A stretch of 63,988 bases of DNA, the filler included, from Choristocarpus tenellus KU-1152 (taxonomy: Eukaryota; Protista; Phaeophyceae), in NCBI GenBank assembly GCA_964200185.2. It is 8 parts of 8 records of this genome, joined end to end, with 100 filler letters (N's around TTAATTAATTAA, not from the genome) between each part and the next. Parts side by side here need not be neighbours in the genome. Positions count along the whole stretch, not along the records: positions 10,714 to 21,140 come from CAXNAD020002939.1; positions 21,241 to 37,952 come from CAXNAD020000787.1; 6 more parts are not named here. One strand, 5' to 3'. The notes beneath the pieces are model-generated. The model had not been told where the DNA came from. It searched no databases and saw nothing but the letters and a program-made list of their open reading frames with translations. This document shows positions 13,652-24,200 of the stretch, one piece after another (the stretch's first letter is position 1; the number at the start of each line of letters is the position of its first letter). A program made the translations under genes and the position numbers.

Positions 13652-15383
13652 GTGGGTGCACTGAGGAAGGAGAGGGCGCATCTGATGCCGCTGGTTGAAA
13701 GCCTTGCCAAGGCGCATGAACTCCCAACTGCAGCGGAGATCATGGCAGAAACGCCATCGTGGCACCGGCAGCGCAGCTGGACACTTGCTTACTTTAGCCT
13801 CCGGAGGCGGCGAAAAAAGGAGTGGGGCGAGGTGATACATTTGGATGGGTGGGGGGGGTGGTAGTGGGGGGGTGTTTTCAGGTAGAAAAGCCATCCTATG
13901 TTCTGAAAAGATACACATGTGTACGCTGTGTCTGAGCTTATTTGTATTAGCTTACACAGCACTGAGAAGAACAAGTTTTTACTTGGTGAGGTATACCCCT
14001 TTTTTGCAGCTTGTACCAATGACAACTCTTACGTCCTTGAATAATCAGACCACTTTCGTAATTGACCCTGGCAGGTTATGCACATGGGACACATTGATTA
14101 CAACTACCCTCTGAGTGTGCTCAAGACCCAACAGGCAAATTTGCGAGGGCCACCATCCTCATCGGCGGTAACAAAAAATGGTGTTCCTAGTGCTGGCAAA
14201 GGCGTTAAGATGTCTTGAGAGGGGTGATCGATGGTGATTGGCAAGTCTTGATGAGAAGTTCACCCATGTGATGGGGATGAGCTATCTCACTAGTTGCAAT
14301 TGCTGTGAGGTCGTTGAGTATGAGTCAATCTGGGACTGCATCGTGGTGGAGGTTATGTAGGGGAAATCGATATGAGAGGTGCTGTCCTATTGTAGTACAC
14401 TATGTGAGATTTTTTTTGTTAGGGTGTTTGTGTGGTGATTTTTGTAATTGTCTTCCCTGCGAGCCTTGGTACTTTTGAATTTTGATAATCGTGGTGTGAC
14501 TTGAATCTAAGAAGAGGAAAGGCAGGTTTTATATATTGTATTTTCTTTTTGATTAGAGTTCATTGTGACATTGGATGTTTGCTCATGCGGAGCATGAAGA
14601 GTATGATAGGAGTATGGATTAGATGTTCCGAGACATGGATGATGTTTGACTTGTGGTACAATAGCTGTCTTGCATTGGGTCCTGGAGTGGTTTAGGTGAT
14701 TCAAGATTAAGGATGTTGTGATGGGTGATGAGGTCCACGAGCAGGCTACAATAGGATTTGAGTATGGTGTTAAAGTGATGCCATCACGGGAAACTAACAT
14801 ACTTAAGGGAATATCGTTATCATGACATATTTTAGGAAGAGGTATATTAGGAGATGGATTGAGGGGGATGTGAGAGAACCATTTGACCAGGGGGGGGGGC
14901 AAAAATGAGGACAGTTGTATCTAGGGTTAGGGTTATTGGGAGTGGAGTAAGGAGACACTGGGAGATGTCACAGTACTTTCAATATGCAGACTTAACAATA
15001 TTGTTCCTCTGTCAAGCCGATGTTTGGTGTGGGTTGACATACTGTTGTTTGGTTTGGTCCCAGGGTATGGTTGTTTGTATAGCTCTGTTCTAGATTATAT
15101 GTCTAGGTTAGTGGTTTCTTTTTCCACATTTCAAGGTCGAGACAGTAATTAGGTGGCATGCAGTCTTAGGGTAGTGGAATCTGTTCGCAATAAAAGGGAT
15201 TAAACTCTACACTGCGTGCATACAACAACATGCAGCAACAGAAAATTTCGATATACAACTATGTTTTCCACTACTTTTCTGTTTGATTTTGAAGTGTTAC
15301 GGTATTTGTGATAGCTTACAAAGCTGGAGGCAAAGGAAAACTGCAAAGATACAGCTCAGGCTCAAATCGAGCATCGCTTCTGA
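13652..15383 (+). CDS. Putative 3' exons of an unknown gene (13652-13831, 15315-15383)
   Basis: A 180-bp open exon bounded by CAG and GT (VGALRKERAHLMPL...KKEWGE), then a phase-compatible terminal exon (LTKLEAKENCKDTAQAQIEHRF*). No family recognised. Confidence 0.35.
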
Positions 15384-15668
15384 ACGTGTCCTTGCCCGTC
15401 AACCTCATTTTGATCTTTTTTGGAATTAGTGAAGGAGTGATAGGTGTCTGGTAGGAGAAGCGAGTCCAACTGATGTTTTCTTTTTATCATTTATCTGTTG
15501 TGCCGGCAGGTGCTTTCAGTCGGCTAGATAATATAATTTTTATGCATAGTAATATAAATGAATATATGCTGTAACGCCATGTGCAGGTCTCTGAAAGCTC
15601 GCATCTTTTTGGGGCTGTGACTTGGGAATCTGAAGTGCCTTTTTAGTGTATGTGTATATTTTCCTCAC

Positions 15669-18600
15669 ACTATCCAGCATTTGCCCCTCCTTAGTACAGT
15701 GTAGTGCCTCACTCTGACCCCACCTAATTTTTAGGTTATGGTCAGCATCCACGACAACATTGCTGTGACTACTAAATCCTGTGTTTGTTTCTCTTTGTCT
15801 GTCTAGCACACTCAACGCCCTTTTGTCAATCCCGTTGTACACCTTTTCTACGCTTGTATATGTGTATCATCTATTCTTAATGTCAATTGTACATATTATA
15901 GGGTGAATGCACTGTTCATGTACTCCCTCTGTCCCGTAAGTCTGTACCTTTATGTATGTACATGAACGGATTTTTGCGTTGATTTTCCGCAGAAATTTTA
16001 CATGAGATGAGTTACATTTGAAAAATATATCCGAAATTGTTCTGAAAATGTGGAACAGAGGTTAGGCAGGCATAGGCCCACATGAAGGCACTGAATTGGT
16101 GGATTGATGGCGTTAAGTGAAAGTGTGCAATGGTACTCTAACACAAAAAATGGCAAGGAATCCAATGCTAAAATTCGTTTTGAAATCGGAGGTAATCCTG
16201 AAGAGGTACATGCATAAAGGAACACTTATGGGACAGAGGGAGTATAATATCAATACACAAAAGATTAGCTTATGTTTCAACACGGTCCAGACCTGGATAT
16301 ATATATATTTCAAATGTAACTCATCTCACGTAAATTTGTCTTAGGAATCCAACGCAAAAATTCGTTTTGAAATCGGAGGTCATCCCGAAGAGGTACATGC
16401 ATAAAGGAACAGACTTACGGTACAGAGGGAGTATGTGTTTATGTTTCATCTTTTTATTATTGCTATAGGGGAGAACAAATGTTTCACCCTGCCCTTCAAT
16501 AGTATTATTATTTATCAAGTACTCTGGAGTGTGTGTAACATGTGTAGAGAGTTCTAGGCGATGGTAGTAGAATTGATAGTTGAAGTCACCATTATTGATC
16601 AGACCATGGAGAAAATTGCATCAAGTATATTGCTACTATTATTATTAAATACTCCCGATAATGTTGAGCAGATAGTACAGTGTAATATTACGATGAAAGC
16701 AGCATGATGCATACTAATACGTCACTGTGGTATGACTATTTCAACTACATTTTGATCCAACTGTTGGTGCTAATAATGACTACACACTGCGATGATGATT
16801 TACTATCATATAGTGTCACTTAACCTAATAAGAGTATTTTTTAATGCCAACTGTTTTTGTATCATGTCTCCAGGGGGGCCATTGTTGTCCATTCGGGCAG
16901 CAGGACAACAATGACTCTCTTCCTATCTATGGTATGGCTTGTTGGTATCACTTGCATTCGTATTTTATTCCCAGCCCTACTACTACTAATTCCATGTGCA
17001 TTTGGCAGATGTTGTCATGACGGAGATTCAGAAGCAAATCAGCAACAACAAAAAAAGAGAAAGACAACAAACATCGTAATTAATAGTTTTCCTTACTTCT
17101 GTTCCCCCACTAGCTCTGGGCAGTGAGAGTCCTCAGATTTGGGAGAAGAACTAAATAGATATCATAGAAATGATGCATATAAAAACAAAACTACTTTGAA
17201 GTAGCTCCTACGGCAGGTACTGTATTATGCACCCTGGAGTATGTCAATAGTTAGCGATTGCTGGCTCAAAAGCTTTGTGCTCACGGCAATAATTATTGTC
17301 AGCAAATACGAGTACAATAAATTTTTTAAGAAACTCTCTAAGTATACCTCTCTTTTGCCTCTCGTTGGAAGTATCTTCTCTTTTGTCGCAAAGGCATTAT
17401 CATTCGGATGCTCAGCAACGTTATCAATCACTTGGTAAAGTTGGCCATCTCATTTGCTGCATATTGGTCAGAAGAAGCTTTATCATGCGTAACAGTTTCT
17501 ATCATAAGAGTATTTTGCATCACGATCTTTGTTGGGTTATAGTGAAAAAGGAAAAACTTGCCAGCAACTACGTATGTACGTATACACGTGACCAATAAAT
17601 TGACATAGATGGACCTGTAGTAGTAGAAGTAGTAGTAGGTGTAATTGTAGTTGCGGGTAGTAGTAGTAAAACCTACAGTAAGATATTTATTGCAGCGTGG
17701 CAGTAATATGTGGTTCTGTCTGTTAGGGTTGCTCTCCGCTACTACTATTAACAGAAGACTTCAAAGTCAAGATGGGCAGAGGAAAAGGGTATAACCTGTT
17801 CAGTACTCTCTCACCTAGTAGTGGTATTCCTGCTCTTTGCAGAAACTGCGACCAGTATCTAAAGTGTGCGGAAGTTGTATGCATACAATACTCATCCTTT
17901 TTAAATGGAACACAAAACTAGGGATGCTTGGCCCACATGGTAGTGGGTGAGTCATCTCTACAGTAGTCACAAAATCAGACATCACCACAAAACTAGCCAC
18001 AAAAAAAGTAGTGTGAAGAGTTCAAGGTGGAGGTTGAGGGGTGTTTTTGTGGTTTTGAATCAAGTATGGATGTTGCGATCTATATCGGCTAAGGGATGCA
18101 CCTCCATGTAACAGCCGATTTCAAAAATTGAGGACGGAGCTTTTCATTGAGGATGGTCTCCACAATATTATGTATTTAAGTGGATTTACAGGGTCGGATG
18201 TTTCGGAAGCTAGATTGAGCTCTTGTTAGATTTGATCGGGTGAAGGTATAGTGCGTTGCCAAAGGTGTCTGATCCTCATCCTCGCCGCGGATGGATGTTG
18301 TTGATGATGTAGGGTTTGTTGAACTAGATTATCTTCCGCAGTTTGTAGTATCGTAGAAAAAAAGGTCGATTTAGTAAATGGTAACACTCCAGATGAAGTC
18401 CAGATGTCAAGGGTAACTAAACAACAAAAAATAGTTTGATGAAACCGCAATTTCGTCATGAAACGATGACCGTGAGTAGAAGAAAAAATACTCCATTATT
18501 TGGTGCATTTAGATTACAAATCAAGGAGAGGGAGTATCTACAGTGCGACGCTGCGTTTAACCCCATATATGAAATATGTCCAGGCGCCGATTTGACCAGC

Positions 18601-20337
18601 CAATGGTGGCTCCTTCCCCTCACTATGAGGTAGAAGAGTGCCCTTCTTGCATGGAGGACCCCTTCACCAAGAGTATGATGCCACCTTGCGGGCACCCCCT
18701 TTGCATCAAATGCTATGTGCGGATATATAGAACTGGTCGGAAGGGGCCAAGAAAGTGTATAATATGTGGTCGTCAATTTCCAAACAAGAAACTTCCTCGA
18801 GTTCTACCAGTACCATTTCCTAAGATGGAGGTAGTGGATCCCCCACTCTCCTCCAAGGAGCTGGTGGGTTGTCCTCTGACACCGAAGCAGGTGGCAAGAC
18901 CATCAGCGGCACGGCAGGAGATAGCCGACCTCCCTTTGGTCCCGCCACCCATCTCAGATTCAGTCGCGGCACGACCGGAGATAGCCAACCTCCCTTTGGT
19001 CCCGCCACCCATTTCGGATTCAACCGCGGCACGGCCGGAAATAGCCGACCTCCCTTTGGTCCCACCACCCATCTCGGATTCAGTCGCGGCACGACCGGAG
19101 ATAGCCGATCTCCCTTTGGTCCCGCCACCCATCTCGGATCCAGTCGCCGCACGGCCTGAGTCAGAGGTCCGTCCGGTGTCATCGGCACAGGAGGTGTCAG
19201 TGATTCCGCCCGAGGTCCCACTCGAGGTGGCGCATTTACCCTCCCTTAGGGCTCAACAGGAGACCATAGACCCCCCTCCACACACTACAGGGCAGGTTAT
19301 ATCCTGTGTCCCCCCAACCCCGCAGGAGATCAGTGAACCCCCCCAATCCCCCCTCGTTGTTCTCTCTACAGACCCACCAGAAGTCGTTGATCCAGCTGGG
19401 GTTGTCCCTCAGGATCTCCAAGTGCCACCCCTGGTCCAGACTCAAGAAGTGGGTCAACTTCGGGAGCAGGTGGAAGTTGGTCTTGTCGAAGTGGAAGATG
19501 CCCAACCACGCAGGGTGATTCGTGCTGACTGGCGCTGGACAGGGGGTTTGATCACCGTGTATATTGGGTTGGTGATCTATCGCCAGATTATGCCGATTCC
19601 TGGTCCTGAAGGTCAACTATGCTGTCGACCTTCCCCCTGGAAGATGTCAAAGAAGGCTCCCGAGAAGGTGCTGCTGAACCAAAGGCTACCACCTTGGTGG
19701 AATAGAGCTTCGTCCACCACAAGGGATGCAGGAGATGGGACTTTGGACACTATGATTTGCAGACCATGCTGGATGAACATCAACAACTGAATGAGTTTTG
19801 CCTCTAAATGAGTAAGATAGTGCGCAAAATGTTGAAATCCACTGATGCCTTTTGGGTGATACTTGATTGACGTATGGCTTCTTTGACGTATGGCTTCTTT
19901 GACGTAGCTTCTATTGTGACTAATTGAGGTGGAGGACAGACACAGTGAAGACCTTGGGTTTGCTCTAGACCATCATGTAGCTGACCGATCGATTGTTAGG
20001 ACCATAGTGGTTGTGTTTGTGTGTATAAAAGAGAGTAGAGATTGCTAGAGAACGAGCATATGGGCTGAACGAGCCAAATGCTTGGTTTTTCCTATGCGTG
20101 TAAGCAGCAGGTATGATTGTTTCTGGCCAGGACCATACGTTGTTAGGCAAGTTGAATACTTTAATTGTAGGATACTGTCAACTTCAGAAGATTTTCAATC
20201 AGAATTCTGAAATAGTAGAGGTATACGTAGGAATACTTGGAACTCTGAAGTGCGTACTCTGATGTCATTAAAGACAGCAAAGAGCTCTTCAAGGCGCTCT
20301 GGAGTATAATGTAACCCTATACTAGGAAGATCTTCGA
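15669..20337 (-). CDS. Putative multi-exon gene of unknown function (exons 20337-20258, 20158-20139, 17858-17815, 17430-17348, 15842-15669)
   Basis: Five AG/GT-bounded open segments join with compatible phases: ..EDLPSIGLHYTPERLEELFAVFNDIR-YSTCLTT-YWSQFLQRAGIPLLV-IDNVAEHPND..KRE-VYNGIDKRALS... No homology recognised. Confidence 0.4.
15923..16431. mobile_element. Stowaway-like (Tc1/mariner-type) MITE with one left end and two right ends
   Basis: TA|CTCCCTCTGTCCC at 15921, GGGACAGAGGGAG|TA ending 16242, GGTACAGAGGGAG|TA ending 16431. Imperfect inverted arms of more than 100 bp (15923-16027 vs 16301-16431). Confidence 0.8.
18109..18156 (+). mobile_element. Solo terminus of the fold-back element family seen at 61351-61543
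   Basis: TAACAGCCGATTTCAAAAATTGAGGACGGAGCTTTTCATTGAGGATGG matches the reverse complement of 61496-61543 with 2 mismatches. Confidence 0.8.
18576..19790 (+). CDS. Intronless C3HC4 RING-finger protein with Pro-rich 20-aa tandem repeats (404 aa); C-terminus possibly frameshifted
   Basis: CPSC..CGHPLCIKC..CIIC RING signature, followed by 4x ARPEIADLPLVPPPISDSVA and a Pro/Glu/Val-rich tail. Confidence 0.7.
   Translation: MSRRRFDQPMVAPSPHYEVEECPSCMEDPFTKSMMPPCGHPLCIKCYVRIYRTGRKGPRKCIICGRQFPNKKLPRVLPVPFPKMEVVDPPLSSKELVGCPLTPKQVARPSAARQEIADLPLVPPPISDSVAARPEIANLPLVPPPISDSTAARPEIADLPLVPPPISDSVAARPEIADLPLVPPPISDPVAARPESEVRPVSSAQEVSVIPPEVPLEVAHLPSLRAQQETIDPPPHTTGQVISCVPPTPQEISEPPQSPLVVLSTDPPEVVDPAGVVPQDLQVPPLVQTQEVGQLREQVEVGLVEVEDAQPRRVIRADWRWTGGLITVYIGLVIYRQIMPIPGPEGQLCCRPSPWKMSKKAPEKVLLNQRLPPWWNRASSTTRDAGDGTLDTMICRPCWMNINN
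18901..19157 (+). repeat. 60-bp coding minisatellite, about 4.2 copies
   Basis: GCGGCACGACCGGAGATAGCCGACCTCCCTTTGGTCCCGCCACCCATCTCGGATTCAGTC repeated in register. Confidence 0.95.
19867..19912. repeat. 16-bp tandem repeat, about 3 copies (TTGACGTATGGCTTCT)
   Basis: Read directly from the sequence. Confidence 0.8.
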
Positions 20338-21284
20338 CTTATCAGAGTGAGCGCTTGGGAATTGCCCTGTTGTATGTGCATTGCTTTTGTAGTGTCAGAG
20401 AGACTGGTTGGTGGTCATGATTTGTGTAGTTGGTGTGTCCAGAATGTTGATTGTTGGTGCAAGAAGAGGATTGCTGTGAGTGAAAATGAATCTATCCTTC
20501 TGCTACTATGGCAAAGGTGGATATTGTGTGAGCTTGACTTGTAAAGCAACAGTACTTCCACATTATGCTGCCCTGAAATAGATAGGTAAATCTATTCAAG
20601 TAAGTAAAAGGTTGTGAGGTACAACAAGAAGGCTTTGGCCATCGTTCACAAGAGTGCATGCCTGACTTGCATTGAATGCTGCCTGTGTTATTTGCTTGCC
20701 AAGGCTGTGGAGCAATCAAAGAGAAGTAAAAAATATATATGTTTTTGTGTGTATGATACGAGGGGTTCATCATTGGGCAATTATCACACAAACACAGTCC
20801 CTCCCCGTCCATCATCCTCTGTGCATGACCAAAACAATTATCAAAGAAAAACAGGTCGACTATTGCTTGATCAGCGATGCCATGGGCAGCTCAATAATGT
20901 GCACCCTCGATACTCTGTAGTGCTCTGTAGTGCTGTACCACTACTGTTAGCTGGTATAATCCAGAAGGAACACCTCAACACAAACAAGCTACCAACCAAT
21001 GTCTGTGAAAGAAGCACATGTACAAACGTACGCAGTCCTTTTCATGTCCTCTATGTATGGGTGGCAAGCTTCGGCACATCAGGCTCAAATATTTCGGGGG
21101 GGGGGGGGGGCAGATTTCCATTTGGAGCCCATTTTTCTATNNNNNNNNNNNNNNNNNNNNNNNNNNNNNNNNNNNNNNNNNNNNTTAATTAATTAANNNN
21201 NNNNNNNNNNNNNNNNNNNNNNNNNNNNNNNNNNNNNNNNCCCCCGGATACTTTGACCCATTTCTTCATGATACCATTATGCAG

Positions 21285-24200
21285 GTGATCTCTTTCCTGG
21301 TCAAAATCCCCCACGGAAGGTCGATGAACAACTGGAGCATTTCGTGGTGAAGGCTTGTGAGGTCACAGGCAATCACCCAGACGATTTATTTTGCCTCAAG
21401 GTATGAAGCAAAGAACGAGCAATACTGCCATTTTTCTTGATGGATTTTCTGCATGCAGCGCTCAGTTTTTCTCACCCATCATAATTTTAACTTTTCCAGG
21501 TGGTCCAGCTGGAAGAGCTGCTGGCAATTCGTCATTGTGTGTTTGTCATGGGTCCTCCAGGAGCAGGGAAGAGCCAGTCATGGAAAGTAAGTGCAGGAGG
21601 GTTTTCCTTTTATTTGATCTTTCCCAGACTTCCCTCTCTGTTCATGTGTTGTGGAAGGGACAAACTGTAAATATCTATAGCTCTGCTTATACATTTCTCA
21701 TGGTGTAGATCGTTCCAAGCATTGACAGCACAAATTCTACACAATTATTTGCCTATCAAGGTTCATCGTGTATCTATTATATAATAGTTGTACCCAGCTG
21801 GGCTAAGATAGTCCTGACTTTACGAAATCTTGTGTGCTGAAGATCCCCATAATCTCTATACAATACTGATGCAGACACTGGCAGCAGCGAGGAAGCTTCA
21901 AACCCCTGACTGTTTGACCAAGATCATGGATGTCAACCCAAAATCAATAAAAACCGAGGAGCTCTATGGATTCATCTCCATGGCCACACGCGAGTGGAAG
22001 GATGGTCTCCTGTCAAAGGTGATTCCAAAAATATCATCTCGGCAAATAGAAGTGTGCCCCAGTTCAGAGGAGATAGCTAGACGGCAGGACTGGGGCTTTT
22101 CTTCCACCGTCAGTCTCACTATCCAATGTTTGTTCTGTTCAACAACAAATACTTGTTACTGGCTATAAAGTTTGAGCTGCAGCTGTATTGAAAATAATAG
22201 TCAGGTTAGCTATACGATATGATCAATATTTCTTACTGTACCTCATTACAAGTTGTACTTTTTCTGTTGTGTGTCAATCTGTATTTTTAATTTTTGCGCT
22301 ATTATGTCAATACTCTAGTTACAAACACAATTGTGTTACTCCTCCGACCTAGGTAATGCGTGACCTAGGAAATATTCCTGATGAAAAACCCAAGTGGATA
22401 CTCCTGGACGGTGACCTGGATGCCAATTGGATTGAAAGCATGAACTCTGTGATGGACGACAACCGAATGCTCACCCTGGCTTCCAATGAGCGCATCCCCC
22501 TCAAGGTATCCATCTATAGCAGCAACACTCTTTCAAGAACCCTCATTCTAGATTCCAGTCCTGAAACACTTGAATTTCTGTGCAAGGGATTGGTCGAGCA
22601 ACATCTTACTACACAGTTTTCAAGTACCCTGGAGTGCTTCACATCGCCAGAACAAAACAAAAAGTAGAAGACTAGATGAGATATTTCCAACGATTCCAGA
22701 CCAAAGGGATTCCAAGATTGTGTGTGCCAAGGATACTGATGGCTAGTCTAGAGAGGAAAAGTATTCAGGAGTACCACACTTCAAGGATGAGCACCCAATT
22801 TACCAATTGTTGAGCCATCACCAATATCTGAGCTCCCTCAACTGATGCTGGGAATCCATGGAACATCAACAGCCACATATGAGGATGATATTTGAGATTC
22901 GTGACCTCAAGTATGCTACACCAGCAACAGTGAGCCGAGCCGGTATCCTATATATATCGACAGATGACGGGACCCAATGGCGCAGCCTCATCCAGTCATG
23001 GCTAAAGAAGCGAGAAGAACCACAGGAAATCAAAGACGCCTTCCAGGTGACTAGAAAACTGGAAGTTTTATCATTGTAGAGTAGGAACATCTAATAAACG
23101 CTCTCTTTTTGTTCTTGGGCAATGATAATACAGGAGAATGTGCGGACTCTTGAAGTATCTTAGAGGGTGCCCTGTTTGTCAATTTGGGGCTTGACTTCCT
23201 ATGGGTTTTTTATGACATTTTCCTTCTCCAAAATTGTTTCAGAGTAGGTAAAATGTATACGTCATGAATAGGTGTGTCTGCAACAAGGATATTGCATTTC
23301 CTAGCAAACACGATAGTCGTAATTACATCAAAATCGCAACCGTGGATTTTGGTCCCCAAATGGATGCAGCTCTACCCTCCAAGATATTTTAACTCTAACC
23401 ACTTGATATCCACTGACTCATTAAACATTTATTCATTTGGCAATATACTCAGCACTCTAGAGGAATACATTGTGAGATTGTGCAGGTATGCCTTATTATA
23501 GACTCACACCATGTATGCATTGCCCAACACACAGCTGACATAGTCAAAAGCAGATATCAAGCATGCTAACAAAATGCTGATATCTTGCTCCTTCCATTCA
23601 GAATTTCTTCAATGACTATGTGGCAGAGTCCTTGCTTTGGATGAAGATTAATGTCAAGCCCATAATCTCAGTGGAAGATATGAGTCTTGTGCAGGTATGG
23701 CAACCTAACCTAACTAAATCCAGCCTAAGCAAAAAATCAAGCTCTGTGTTACACGTGGAATTGCACAGATAGTTTTTTCTAAACATACAGTTTGAATGGG
23801 CTCATTGGATCCCCAGAATGCAAGAATATCCTCCTGATCTTCTCAAAGGAAGATAGATAGTTCTTCAGTTAATTACATTCGCCGCAACCCTCTCCTTGTC
23901 CACTACTCGGACTACACTAGTTTCCAGTGATGACCTCAAAGTTTGGAACTCTGGTAGCACCCTAACCCTAATCGATGTACAATCATAGAGGCAGAGTTGC
24001 TACTAGTTCATAGCGGACGAGAATGCATTGGAGACCTTGACCATTCTTTGCAATCCAACCACTCACTTGATTGCTATTTTAGCCCCCCTATGAATGCCCA
24101 ATCTCATGATCAGGGGGCAGGGGGCTCACACTTGATACAGCCCTTCCCTTGCAAGTATATCTTTCTCACGGATTATTTTATTTTCTAGTGAACTGTATTC

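Noticed and set aside
10714-15100. Possible decayed LINE-like sequence on the minus strand, with weak similarity to about 5340-5450
   Set aside because: Too degenerate to identify domains by eye.
18901-19157. 60-bp periodic array as a possible CRISPR
   Set aside because: No unique spacers; it is an in-frame coding minisatellite in a eukaryotic context.
18773-19221. Antisense and alternative-frame ORFs over the RING gene and over the mucin repeats (43117-44307)
   Set aside because: Shadow ORFs of GC-rich stop-poor repeats.
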